Both the position numbers and the translations under genes were made by a program. Positions 25,469-35,198 of a stretch of DNA of 41,926 bases are shown piece by piece. The DNA comes from Acidimicrobiales bacterium (GTDB lineage Bacteria > Actinomycetota > Acidimicrobiia > Acidimicrobiales > RAAP-2), in NCBI GenBank assembly GCA_017883105.1, contig JADGOF010000001.1, forward strand, positions 1 through 41,926, given 5' to 3'. The notes beneath the pieces were generated by a model. It did not search any database and had not been told where the DNA came from. It was given only the letters and a program-made list of their open reading frames with translations. How positions within the stretch are numbered: position 1 is the stretch's first letter; each line of letters begins with the position of its first letter.

Positions 25469-28400
25469 CTACCGGCCGAGATCGGACGGGGACAGTGACG
25501 CCGCTCGCCCGTGGTGGCGTGTCAACGAGGTATCGCCAGCCCGCGCCGTCACAAGGGCATCCCCGATTGAAGTTGGAAACGCAGTGACCGGCGAGTTGGC
25601 CACCTCATGGTCAATACATTCGGGTCCTTGGGCTCGGCGTTCTTCCTCGGCAATGGAAGCGCTCGACGACCCCGGCTCCGTTTCCTGAGTCGGCTTTGGC
25701 GTCAAGGCTTCGGTGATCTCGGCTTGCCGGCCACGTAGGGCTGCGAGTCGGGGCATCTGGTCGAAGGGCCGGCCGATCATCGCGCCGGCCTGCTCGGCGT
25801 TTGCTGTGGCGGAGCCAAGTTCCCGTGCGTCGTCGGTTAGCCGCTCTTCAAGATCTCCGAGCCGGTTGGCGAGCCTGCTCACTAGACCTACGGGATGTTC
25901 GCGCTCGATGTCGGCGGCACCGATCACAGTCGGGTGGAGCGGGGCGTCGGGGAAGAAGAGATGGAGCTCGTCCTCCCCGATCTCGCCCTTGACGGCGATC
26001 GCAAGGTCGAGCCCGGCGAGGTTCCCGATGCCAATGGTCTCCCCGTGCCGATATCGGGCATCGACGAGTGCGGCTTTGATGCGATCGCCGGCATCGGCGC
26101 GCTTCTCACAAGTAACACCCGTGATGGTGGCTCGGAAGGCGTCGCCGGAGATGTCCGTTCGGAGCGCCAATGCGCGTTCGATCCTGGCCATGTCGCGTTG
26201 AAGCCGTTCTATAGTGGGACCAGAGCCAGCGATCGTCTTGGACAGGCGGCGCTGTTCGACTGCGTGGGCCGATGCCATGCGTTCGAGCTTTGCCACCTCG
26301 GAGTCCACGCCGGCCTTCTCCATGATGAGCGGGTTGCCGGTGGCGAGTGCCTTCACCTCGCCGTAGCTGAGTGACTGCTCGCCGACGTCGTCCAGCTGGC
26401 GGGCAAGGGTTGCGTCTCCCCTAGTGACCTGGGCGATGAAGCCAGCCTTGCGCTCGACGGTGCCCCACATGAAGACGTCGAAGCTGGACTCGGTGACGTA
26501 GCGGAGGATCTCTATGTCTCGGTTGAGATTCCCTTGGCGGAGGATGCGACCTTCCCGTTGCTCGATGTCGGCCGGCCTCCAGGGGCAGTCCACATGGTGG
26601 AGCGCGACCGCACGGGCCTGCACGTTGGTTCCCACACCCATCTTCTCTGTCGATCCGATCAATACCCCCACCAATCCCGATCGGCACTGCGCGAACAGTT
26701 CGGCCTTCTCCCGGTCATTCTTCGCGTCGTGCATGAAGCGGACGGCCTCGGTCGGCACGCCCCGGTCGATGAGTTGGGACTTCAGCTCGTCGTAGACGTT
26801 CCACTCGCGTCGGGGTGTACCGATGTCGCAGAAGACCAACTGGAGCGCCCCGCGGCGCGATCCCTGCTCTGGGTACTCACGGTCGTTGTTGTCGACCCAG
26901 ATGCGACTGATCCGTTCTGCCGCCGCGCCGATCTTCCCGCCGTCGGGGTCGGGGTGCAGCCCGACGAGGCGGAGGTCGAGGGCGGCCTTTCGACCGTCGC
27001 CGGTCACTTTCAACATGTTGTCCTCTTCCGGCCTTACGGCACCCCGGGAGACGGCCTCGGCCCGAGCCACGAGGCCCTCGACATAGGTGAGGAGGCGATC
27101 GGAAGGTGGAACAACCACCACTTCGGCACGGCCGCCAAGGAGATTCGGCGTCGGAAGGGCGAGCTGCTCGGCTGTCCTGATGTCGGCCACCTCGGAGAAC
27201 ATCGAGACCAGTTCGGGGACGTTGGCGAACCGGGCGAAGCGGTCCTTCATCCGGTAGCTGCCACCGTCAGGGGCAAGCTCCAGGTTGGTCACGGTCCTCC
27301 CGAAGTTCGCGGCCCAGCCATCGAAAGTGGCAATTCCGGCTGCCGCCAGGGCATCGGGCTGCAGATAGCGCTGCATGACGTAGAGCTCGGAGATGGAGTT
27401 GGCTACGAACGTGGCGGTGGCGAACGTGGCAACCCGGTCACCGTGACGCCCCCGTAGAACCCGCAGCTTGAGTTCGATGTCCATGGCGCGCTTCGATCCC
27501 GAGCCGCCCACGCCCTGGATGCGGGTGGGGAAAGCGAGGTTCTTCGCCACGTGGGCCTCGTCCAAGAAGATGTAGTCGACCCCGGTCTCCTCGAATGTCA
27601 CCCCGTCGAGCCGTCGTCCGTCCTCTCGGGACTCCTTGATCCGCTCCTCCATCCGGATGATGGCGGCTTCCAGCTTCTTCACGCTGAGCCCGTGTTCCGC
27701 AGTCGACTGGGCCTGGGCGGTCCTGTAGGCGGCGACCTGGGAGTCGAGGTAGTCCGTCTCGGCCTCCTTGGAAACCGGGATCCGCACGAAGGCGTCGTGG
27801 GTGATGACGACGGCGTCCCAGTCTCCGGTGGCACACCGGGCCACGAACTCCTTTCGTGCGTCGGCTGCGGTGGCGTCCCTGGTCGCCACCAGGACGTTTG
27901 CCAGCGGGTAGGCCTGAAGGAATTCGGCGCTGAACTGTTCGAGCATGTGGTTGGGGACGACGTAGGCGGGCTTGGAAACGAGCCCGAGGCGCTTCATCTC
28001 CATTCCGGCGATCGCCATGGTGGCGGTCTTGCCCGCTCCGACCGCATGTCCGAGCAGCACGGCCGGCTCTTGCACCGATCGCCACGCCGCATCCAGCTGG
28101 TGTTGGTGCGGCCGGAACGCGGATGACAGACCGGGCAGCGACTGATGACTACCGTCCCAGCTCGGGAGGACAACCGAGTTGAACAGCTCGTTGTACCGGC
28201 CGGCCAGCCGTTCGGCCCGGTCTTCGTCCTCCCAGATCCATGCAGCGAAGCGGTCGGAGAGGACCTGCTGCTTCTCCCTGGCCAGGAGCGTCGCCTCCGG
28301 GTTGAACACCCGTCCGCCGTCCCCGTCGGGGTCGTAGACGACGGCCGAGGTCTGATTGAGCGATTTGGTGAGCAGGTTCACGGCATCGAGCCGGTCGGTA

Positions 28401-30484
28401 CCCCAGGCGGACGTCATGGTCACGCTCTGCTTCTGCCAGGTCGGAACGGCGATGGTCCAGGTGGCCGTGACCTCGATGTGCTCGACGGCTACCTGAGTGG
28501 CACCAAGGGCCTCGCGGACGAACGCGGCCACATCGGTGGACTCGATCCAGGTGGCTCCGGGCCGGGCGTCAATCTCTTCCGGTAGCAGGTCGTCGGGGAG
28601 GACTATTCGGAGTGCGGCCACGTTAGGTGCGAACCGGGCGTCATCGGCGACGGCCGCCTCTGCCTCGCGGAGCTTCACCCGTACATTGCCCGAGAGGTAC
28701 CGGGCGCCAGGGACGAGTTGATCCGTCAATGGGTCGTCGAAGACCAGGGTCCCGAGACGGTGCCGGGCATCGACAGCTTCGATGCCGAGCAGGGCGGCCA
28801 CCCGGTCAAGGGTGACGATTCCCGATTCGTCGAGGCAGATGGTGACTGCCTCTTCGGGGCTGTCCGCTCGTCCCCTCACCTCCCGGGGACCGACCACCCG
28901 CTCGGAGAAGATCGCAGCTTTCTGTGCCGACTTGGTCTCGGAGTCGAACACTTCGAGGGCGAGGAGGGACGGGAAGTCCGGGTCGGTGCGGAACCCACCG
29001 AGCTTCGGGCTCCGGCGGCCGAAGATCGCCTCACCGGACTCCGCGTCGATCCTCCCCGTCTCGTAGCTGGTGAAGCGACTGATGGGTTCGTAGCGGGCCA
29101 CGTAGTCGTCGTAGTGGTCGTTCAACCGCTCCTGTGCGTTCCGGAACACGTCATCATCGGTACTCCCGGCCTGGAGGGTGAGCACCTCGGCCAGGGTGTT
29201 ACGCAGCTCGCAGAGTGCGCGCAATTCCTTTGCCTGGCCCTTCGGCGTCGCCTGGAACGGCTCCAGCTCGCCGTTCCGCACCCGGGCGAAGGTCGCCACG
29301 CCGGTGGCGATGATGGAGCCCTCCTTGTGCACCGGGAACGCTTCGAGCGTGAGGCCGGACAGGCCGGTGGCCGGACCGGGGATCCGTGTGGGCTCGGACC
29401 GTGGCTGGTAGGTGAGGCCGGCGTCTCGTGCCCGGGTGACGATGGCGGCCATTGCCGGTGCAATGGTCTTGTCCGGGTCGGCAATCACGTCCAGGTCGTC
29501 CGCCCCGTACTGGCCGTTCACCCGGCGGAGTTCCCCGAGGATCATCTCGGGATGGGCGGCGAAGTATTCGTTGACGGTGACCTCGCCGTCGACAGTGGTC
29601 ACCGGGCTGAGGGAGAGCCAACGCTCGCCGGCAAGCGCGGCGCCGGGCATCCGTTTTCGGAGGAGCACGATGTCGGTGACGACATCGGTACCCGACGTGG
29701 CTCGGAAGGTCCCGGCCGGGAGCCGGACGGCCCCGAGCAGGTTGGCTCGTTCGGCCATTTCCTGGCGGGCCGCGTCGGCCTGGGCGTCAAGGGTGAATCG
29801 GCTGGTGACGACAGCCAGGAGCCCGCCGGGCCGTGTCAGATCGAGGCTCTTGATGATGAAGTGGTTGTGGATCGAGTGGCGACCGGTGTTGTGATCGGGA
29901 TCGTGCAGTGTGATCTTGCCGAACGGGACGTTCCCGATGACCAGGTCCAGGTCGCCCTCCGGTAGAGCAGTGTCCGCGAAGCTTTCTGCTCGGATGGTGG
30001 CCGACGGATAGAGCGCGGCGGCGATGCCAGCCGTGGCCGGGTCGAGCTCCACCCCGGTGATCGAACACTCCGGCGGTGCGAAGCCGATGAAGTTGCCCGA
30101 CCCACAACCGGGTTCCAGGACCTTGCCGCCAGCGAAGCCGAGGTCGGCGACGGCAGACCAGACGGCTTGGACCACTTCGGCCGAGGTGTAATGGGCGTTG
30201 ATCGTTGTCCGTCGTGCTGCCGCCCACTCCGTGTCGGACAGAAGGGTGTGCAGCTCGACTCGGGTGGCGGCAAAGCGTGGATTGGACTCGTCGAACACTT
30301 CGGGAACCGCTCCCCAGCTCGCCCATCGCGCCAGGGTGGCCCGTTCCGACTGGGTTGCCGATCGCCCATCGGATTGCAGTTGCCGGAGGACCCGGAGGGC
30401 CGCCAGGTTCGCTGCGGTCTTGGCTACCGCTCCTGGCGGAGCAAGGTCGTGCTGTCCGGCTGGTCGGAATCCATCGCCGCCCAA
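25469..30484 (-). CDS. Giant N6-adenine DNA methyltransferase / SNF2-family helicase fusion (conjugative-element type)
   Basis: MTase motif I VLEPGCGSGNFIGF and motif IV VIGNVPFGK. Helicase motif I LLGHAVGAGKTATM, motif II IFLDEAHVAKN, motif V ..GSTEKMGVGTNVQ and motif VI QREGRILRQGN. The ORF is open to 30886, but the recognisable N-terminus starts ~GFRPAGQHDLAPPGAVAKTAANLAALRVL. An in-frame TTG at 30484 is given as a tentative start. Confidence 0.9.
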   Translation of the reverse strand: MGGDGFRPAGQHDLAPPGAVAKTAANLAALRVLRQLQSDGRSATQSERATLARWASWGAVPEVFDESNPRFAATRVELHTLLSDTEWAAARRTTINAHYTSAEVVQAVWSAVADLGFAGGKVLEPGCGSGNFIGFAPPECSITGVELDPATAGIAAALYPSATIRAESFADTALPEGDLDLVIGNVPFGKITLHDPDHNTGRHSIHNHFIIKSLDLTRPGGLLAVVTSRFTLDAQADAARQEMAERANLLGAVRLPAGTFRATSGTDVVTDIVLLRKRMPGAALAGERWLSLSPVTTVDGEVTVNEYFAAHPEMILGELRRVNGQYGADDLDVIADPDKTIAPAMAAIVTRARDAGLTYQPRSEPTRIPGPATGLSGLTLEAFPVHKEGSIIATGVATFARVRNGELEPFQATPKGQAKELRALCELRNTLAEVLTLQAGSTDDDVFRNAQERLNDHYDDYVARYEPISRFTSYETGRIDAESGEAIFGRRSPKLGGFRTDPDFPSLLALEVFDSETKSAQKAAIFSERVVGPREVRGRADSPEEAVTICLDESGIVTLDRVAALLGIEAVDARHRLGTLVFDDPLTDQLVPGARYLSGNVRVKLREAEAAVADDARFAPNVAALRIVLPDDLLPEEIDARPGATWIESTDVAAFVREALGATQVAVEHIEVTATWTIAVPTWQKQSVTMTSAWGTDRLDAVNLLTKSLNQTSAVVYDPDGDGGRVFNPEATLLAREKQQVLSDRFAAWIWEDEDRAERLAGRYNELFNSVVLPSWDGSHQSLPGLSSAFRPHQHQLDAAWRSVQEPAVLLGHAVGAGKTATMAIAGMEMKRLGLVSKPAYVVPNHMLEQFSAEFLQAYPLANVLVATRDATAADARKEFVARCATGDWDAVVITHDAFVRIPVSKEAETDYLDSQVAAYRTAQAQSTAEHGLSVKKLEAAIIRMEERIKESREDGRRLDGVTFEETGVDYIFLDEAHVAKNLAFPTRIQGVGGSGSKRAMDIELKLRVLRGRHGDRVATFATATFVANSISELYVMQRYLQPDALAAAGIATFDGWAANFGRTVTNLELAPDGGSYRMKDRFARFANVPELVSMFSEVADIRTAEQLALPTPNLLGGRAEVVVVPPSDRLLTYVEGLVARAEAVSRGAVRPEEDNMLKVTGDGRKAALDLRLVGLHPDPDGGKIGAAAERISRIWVDNNDREYPEQGSRRGALQLVFCDIGTPRREWNVYDELKSQLIDRGVPTEAVRFMHDAKNDREKAELFAQCRSGLVGVLIGSTEKMGVGTNVQARAVALHHVDCPWRPADIEQREGRILRQGNLNRDIEILRYVTESSFDVFMWGTVERKAGFIAQVTRGDATLARQLDDVGEQSLSYGEVKALATGNPLIMEKAGVDSEVAKLERMASAHAVEQRRLSKTIAGSGPTIERLQRDMARIERALALRTDISGDAFRATITGVTCEKRADAGDRIKAALVDARYRHGETIGIGNLAGLDLAIAVKGEIGEDELHLFFPDAPLHPTVIGAADIEREHPVGLVSRLANRLGDLEERLTDDARELGSATANAEQAGAMIGRPFDQMPRLAALRGRQAEITEALTPKPTQETEPGSSSASIAEEERRAQGPECIDHEVANSPVTAFPTSIGDALVTARAGDTSLTRHHGRAASLSPSDLGR

Positions 30485-30792
30485 AGGTCCTGTTGCACCT
30501 GGATACTGAAGGCCATCGCCGAGTCCGGGTCCATTGGCTCCTCCGGCTGCTCCGGCTGCTCCGGTGACGTCGGGTAGATCAGGTCTTGGACCGACTCCTC
30601 GGCCATCATCCTGGCCGCCAAGTCCTTCTCCCCGAGTTCCGGCTTCGAGAGCCTCAAGTAGGTCGAGGAGACTTGGCGTTCGGCCTCCTCCCCGATCTCG
30701 GTGAAGTACGCCTCCGGGTCCTCGATCGCGCTGTACTGGTCCGGGAAGTGTTGGAGCAGGTGCTGCTTGGCCTTCAGTCCATAGTGGTTCAC
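30424..30792 (-). CDS. Small conserved conjugative-element protein (TnpV-like pattern), overlapping the 5' end of the giant ORF in another frame
   Basis: ..NHYGLKAKQHLLQHFPDQYSAIEDPEAYFTEIGEEAERQVSS..LAARMMAEESVQDLIYP.. matches the pattern I recall for small proteins preceding such methylase-helicases. AAGGTGG lies 5 nt before the GTG at 30792 (ORF open from 30801). Confidence 0.55.
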   Translation of the reverse strand: MNHYGLKAKQHLLQHFPDQYSAIEDPEAYFTEIGEEAERQVSSTYLRLSKPELGEKDLAARMMAEESVQDLIYPTSPEQPEQPEEPMDPDSAMAFSIQVQQDLWAAMDSDQPDSTTLLRQER

Positions 30793-31065
30793 CGCTACCA
30801 CCTTTCAATAGCTGGTCGAAATCTAGTTGTTGCGTATCTCCGAGTTGCTCTGTTCCGCTGTCTCGTCGGGCTCCCCAGCGCCTCACGCCGACCTCCTGTC
30901 ACCGTAATTGGTGGATGCGACAGGTCGAGCGGGTGCCGGGGAGCTGGGGCGATTGTCGGGAGTTGAGCACGGCCATCTTGGCCACCGCCGAAGGGGGGCA
31001 CCTGGATGGCCGAGGACGAGGGTGTCCCCACGTGGCTGGAAGTTGTCGGGCATGGAAGGAGTGGC

Positions 31066-31521
31066 CTACCGTCCGAGTTCGGCTGGTTGTCTCGACGTGC
31101 CCCGATCCCGCTCATGGCAGGTCTTGGCCGTGCTGTCTGCCTGGCGTCCCCGGATGCCGGCCAAGGCCTCGTCGACCGACGTCGGGAATGCTGTCGACGC
31201 GTGTTCGGCACTGTCCTCGACAGTGGCCCTTTCAGCGTCCCTAGTACCGGCATCGGCGTCTCTGCGGGCGTCGGCTGCGCGCTCCTGTTCCTGGCGGGTA
31301 ATGGTCTGCTGGGCCACGAGTGCACTGGCTTCGCGCTCGGCCCGCTTTCGTTCGTCGAGCTGTCGGGCAGCCTCGGTAGCCAATCGCCGTTCGGCTTCTG
31401 CTTCCTGTTGGCGGCGGCGGGCGCGTTGCTCGGTCATCTGGAGCCCACCGGACATCGAGGTGCGGAGCACCTGGGTCAGATGCCCGTGGAGCTCCTGGGC
31501 GATGTTCTCCTCTCCGCTCAT
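31066..31521 (-). CDS. Coiled-coil, charged protein (151 aa)
   Basis: The ATG at 31521 overlaps the upstream stop (ATGA). Arg/Glu/Ala/Gln-rich heptad-like middle (..RARRRQQEAEAERRLATEAARQLDERKRAEREAS..). Confidence 0.6.
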   Translation of the reverse strand: MSGEENIAQELHGHLTQVLRTSMSGGLQMTEQRARRRQQEAEAERRLATEAARQLDERKRAEREASALVAQQTITRQEQERAADARRDADAGTRDAERATVEDSAEHASTAFPTSVDEALAGIRGRQADSTAKTCHERDRGTSRQPAELGR

Positions 31522-31958
31522 GCCTTCTCCTCACGGTTAGTCGCGACTGCTGTTGTGGACGGGTTCGTCGTTGGTCCCGGCCTGAGCAGCCAGTCGTCGG
31601 GCGGGTCGAGTGCGAGGAGCGGTGGGATGTCACGGCCGTGTGTCGTGTGGCAGTGGCCGAACGGGCCAATGTCGGGGTTGCACAGTTGGGTCAACTGGGG
31701 ATCGGCGTGGTCCACCCACCACGTGTTCATCCCCGTCCCTCCTTCGAGACGGAGGGCCTCCCAGGCGCGCCACAGCGCCTCGATTCGCTGGACGGCCTCT
31801 GGGTGGTCCCACCATGACGGGCACCACTCAAACGTGCGCTTGATCTCGCGCTCGAGATTCGGACACAGCCACTGGGCCACCCAGGTCGCGCTGTCGGGGA
31901 AGCCAGGCTTCGGTGGCTGATCCATCTCGCCTACTGGGCCCTCTACAGTGATGCTCAC
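31518..31958 (-). CDS. DUF4913-like protein
   Basis: ..TFEWCPSWWDHPEAVQRIEALWRAWEALRLEGGTGMNTWWVDHADPQL.. is the pattern I associate with DUF4913 proteins that follow coupling proteins in actinobacterial elements. AAGGAG lies 7 nt before the GTG at 31958. GTGA overlap with the T4CP stop. Confidence 0.7.
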   Translation of the reverse strand: MSITVEGPVGEMDQPPKPGFPDSATWVAQWLCPNLEREIKRTFEWCPSWWDHPEAVQRIEALWRAWEALRLEGGTGMNTWWVDHADPQLTQLCNPDIGPFGHCHTTHGRDIPPLLALDPPDDWLLRPGPTTNPSTTAVATNREEKA

Positions 31959-33685
31959 GTTCGGTCTCCTTTTGTCTTCGCTTCGGCATGGTTCGCCACC
32001 GCCGCGGCCAGCGAGGCCCGGACCTCTGCGGCGTAGGGGCCGTCGAGCACGCTTTCGGTGCGGATCAGCACCGGGTCGATGCCCGAAGCCATGAGGACTG
32101 CCCGGCCCCGGGGGAGCGCGGCCAGTGTCGCCACGTCGAAGATCGGCTCTCGTCGCGTCGCATACGACCGGCTGTGGCCCTGGTGGCCGCCGTTGTAGGA
32201 GGTGGTGAGCTGGCGGGTGTCCATCTCCCCGCAGACCGAGGAGATGTCGTCCAAGAACCCCTGTTCGTTCGACCCGCCGCCGTAGAGACGGATGTTGGCT
32301 GCACCCCAGAGCTTCCGCATGCCCTGCTCGCCCCACACGTCGACCCCTTGGGACCATGACTGGAGGAACGACATCAGGATGATTCCCCGAGACCCGTAGT
32401 GGCTGTACAGGTCGGGGAGCTCTCGCCAGCGGCACACGTTCGCTACCTCATCGAGGGGACAGACCATCGGGACCGCCAGCCGGCCACCGGCGGAGCGGGC
32501 GGCCAACCGCTCGGCGGAGAGCACCACCGCGGCGGTGAGGGCAGCCGTGAGCGGCCCGGCCGAACCGGGTCCTTCCTTGGACAGGGAGTACAGCGTGCCG
32601 GACGACGCCGCGAACACATCGGTGTCGAACCGGGGCCGATCGTCATGACGGTCGGTGATCCAGTCACCGAGATTGGGGTCGGCCAGGAAGGAGACGTCCT
32701 TTCGGGCGGTGCCGAACACCCCGGCTCGCTGCTTGTCCGGTTGGTTCATGACGTCGAGCAGGGCCTGGGCGGCCAGTTCGTGGCCAGAGGCGGCCAGCCG
32801 GGAGACCACCCGGTCGTTCCGACCGGTCGACAGCCACTGGTAGACGGTGGTGAGGGGCTGATCGGACAGCCGAGCGGCCAGCAACAGGATCGCCAGCAGT
32901 TCCTCTCCTTCGGGGTCGAAGTAGGCGTCACGTTGGGCCCCCGGCGGTCGGCTGGCCGCGGAAAACAGCCCGGCCAGGACGCGCGCGCCGGCCAAGTCTC
33001 CGGCCATGTCAAGGGGATTCCACCACCAGGTGGGCCGCCCCTCGGCGATGCCCTGGGGATCGAAGACCCACACCGCGGCGCGCATACTGCGGGGGCCCGA
33101 CGTGAGGTCGACCACGTCGCGCTTGTTCGAACATGTGTAGACCGCCCCGGGGGCAGCGAGGATGGCCGGGGCCACTTGGGTGGTGGTCTTGCCGGTCCTT
33201 GCCCCGGCGATGATGGCGGCCACGTCCTCCCAGCTCTGGCGGATTACCTGTCCACTGACTACGTCGGTTCCGAGCGCGAGTCCCTTGCCCACCTCGGGGG
33301 CGACCGGAGCGTGCTGCTGGTCGGTATAGCGACGCAGGGCCTTGGCATTGCGGGGGAGCCGCTTGGCCAGGACGTCGACCAGCTCTCGACTCGAGCGGAC
33401 GTGCGAGACGATTATTGCGATGACGCCAGCAATCAGTCCTCCGGCTGCCAATTCGGCGCCGAGGAGGTACGTAGCGGCCAGTGGCCACGACATGTTCTTC
33501 CGGATCAGATCGATTATCAGCGCCACCGGGTTTTTCGGCGGCGCGGCTATGTGGTCGATGGAGGCGCCGAGCAGGACAGCTGTCCAGACGAGGGCAACGA
33601 GCACCACAACGGCTACCACCGCGACGGTGGCGTAGATCTCCTCGGCCATTGTGTTCTGGGACATGCGATTGCGCGGTCGTCTCAT
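31955..33685 (-). CDS. Type IV coupling protein (VirD4/TraD/TraG family)
   Basis: 576 aa. N-terminal TM helices, Walker A ..AGARTGKTTTQV.., Walker B-like ..MVCPLDEVANV.. Confidence 0.88.
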   Translation of the reverse strand: MRRPRNRMSQNTMAEEIYATVAVVAVVVLVALVWTAVLLGASIDHIAAPPKNPVALIIDLIRKNMSWPLAATYLLGAELAAGGLIAGVIAIIVSHVRSSRELVDVLAKRLPRNAKALRRYTDQQHAPVAPEVGKGLALGTDVVSGQVIRQSWEDVAAIIAGARTGKTTTQVAPAILAAPGAVYTCSNKRDVVDLTSGPRSMRAAVWVFDPQGIAEGRPTWWWNPLDMAGDLAGARVLAGLFSAASRPPGAQRDAYFDPEGEELLAILLLAARLSDQPLTTVYQWLSTGRNDRVVSRLAASGHELAAQALLDVMNQPDKQRAGVFGTARKDVSFLADPNLGDWITDRHDDRPRFDTDVFAASSGTLYSLSKEGPGSAGPLTAALTAAVVLSAERLAARSAGGRLAVPMVCPLDEVANVCRWRELPDLYSHYGSRGIILMSFLQSWSQGVDVWGEQGMRKLWGAANIRLYGGGSNEQGFLDDISSVCGEMDTRQLTTSYNGGHQGHSRSYATRREPIFDVATLAALPRGRAVLMASGIDPVLIRTESVLDGPYAAEVRASLAAAVANHAEAKTKGDRT

Positions 33686-33695
33686 CGTTCCTGCC

Positions 33696-35198
33696 TCATC
33701 GCTGCCGCCACTGCTTGTTGGTGTCGTTCACGGCATGTTCCGCTTCGGTCAGGACGACCTCGACTGGGATGCCCGGTCGACCGCCGACCTTGATGAGGAA
33801 CTTTCCTCGCCCTGGTGGAGGTGCCTCCTGTTCTGCGACCACGTCCCAGCTGGGTGGAGAGGACCACGAGGTGATGAGGTCGCGTTCGGGTTGGGAGAGG
33901 GCGACCACCCGTTCCAGGGCCGGGAGCTGATCGGCGGCCAGGCCCGCCGTGGCGATGAAGCCGGCCCGTTCGGCAAACCCTTGTGCCTTCATGCGGTCGG
34001 CCTCGCTGGGCAGGGCGAGCAGGTCGGCCATGGTGTGGGTGATGAGCGCCATCCCGACACCCTTTTGCCGGTTGAGACGGGTAAGGGCGTCCACCCGGTC
34101 GACCAGGCCTTCGCCGGCACGCAGCACCCGCCAAAGCTCGTCGAGCACGATGAAGAAGTTCCGCTGTGGTTCGATATTGGCATCGGCCAGGGCCTGAGCC
34201 GCAGCGATCGCTCCGAACCCCTCGCCCCAACAGGCGAGGAGCACTGCGGCTTGGAGCTTCTCGTCGGTCTCGGCAATACCGGAGATGTCGATGCAGAGTG
34301 GGGCAGCAAGCGTCACCGGCACCGAGGTGCGCGTGGCAAACGTGGAGCCAAGGGCACCGTCGACCAGGGCTACGAGCGATGCCTGGAGGCCGTCGGTCGC
34401 CTCCCGGTATCGCGCGGTGTCATCACGGGCCAGGGTCACCCGCCGTAGCTCCTCGGGTCCCTCTTCGAGGACAGCGATCAGCTCCATCAGGGTCGCCTCT
34501 CCCGGTTGATGGTGGTCGTCGAGCACACCGAGGGCGCTGGCGATGATGGACTCCTCGACATCGGTGACTTGGGACCGTCGATTCAGCCCGACCAGGGCTG
34601 CCACCATGGTGAGTCGACGACCCAACGCGTCCTGGGTCAGCTTCTGGCGGGCGGCGCCGGTCAGGCGCAGGGCTGCCGCCGTGGCCGCGCCTGGGTCGAG
34701 CACGTTGAGGGCGCCCTGTCCACGGCCGAGTGCGACCACGTTGCCGCCGAGGGCACCGATGAGGTCGACGTAGTCGGGCTTCAGGTCCCCGAAGATGAGC
34801 GGTTGGACGCCGAAGCCACAGAGTCCGATAGCCATGCGGCGGATCAGGCTCGACTTGCCGAGGCCCGGCTTCCCGAGCACGAACATGGACGGATTGGCGA
34901 TCAATCCGGCCCGAGCGAACCAGCTGATGGGGTCACAGCAGACCGTGGCGTGGGAGCGGAGGTGGCGGCCTATCGGCACGCCGACCATCGGGGTGCCGGA
35001 ACCGGCGATGAAGGGCCACAGCCCACAGACCTGGCGGGTGGTCGCCCGCCACTCCGGTGCGGCCTCCACGTAGGACGCTCTGCCCCCGCCTCTGCCGGGG
35101 AGGCCACGACTCGGTAGTCGCAGGGTCGCGGCATCGCCGTTGGAGGAAGCGTCAGACCCGGTCGACCGGATGTTCGGTGCCGGTAGTTTCCCGATCAC
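33696..35198 (-). CDS. VirB4-like conjugation ATPase (short form)
   Basis: 500 aa. Walker A ..VLGKPGLGKSSLIRR.., Walker B ..FFIVLDELWRVL... GTGA overlap with the upstream gene. Confidence 0.88.
   Translation of the reverse strand: MIGKLPAPNIRSTGSDASSNGDAATLRLPSRGLPGRGGGRASYVEAAPEWRATTRQVCGLWPFIAGSGTPMVGVPIGRHLRSHATVCCDPISWFARAGLIANPSMFVLGKPGLGKSSLIRRMAIGLCGFGVQPLIFGDLKPDYVDLIGALGGNVVALGRGQGALNVLDPGAATAAALRLTGAARQKLTQDALGRRLTMVAALVGLNRRSQVTDVEESIIASALGVLDDHHQPGEATLMELIAVLEEGPEELRRVTLARDDTARYREATDGLQASLVALVDGALGSTFATRTSVPVTLAAPLCIDISGIAETDEKLQAAVLLACWGEGFGAIAAAQALADANIEPQRNFFIVLDELWRVLRAGEGLVDRVDALTRLNRQKGVGMALITHTMADLLALPSEADRMKAQGFAERAGFIATAGLAADQLPALERVVALSQPERDLITSWSSPPSWDVVAEQEAPPPGRGKFLIKVGGRPGIPVEVVLTEAEHAVNDTNKQWRQR

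Noticed and set aside
26534-29965. Long antisense ORFs inside the methylase-helicase gene (e.g. 26534-27457, 27551-28126, 28718-29965). Similar ones lie opposite the T4SS genes (31006-31920, 32399-33793, 33651-34448, 36734-37303, 37307-38152).
   Set aside because: All lie opposite ORFs with clear conserved motifs. Their translations are low-complexity (G/R/P/V-rich) and are attributable to GC-rich codon bias.
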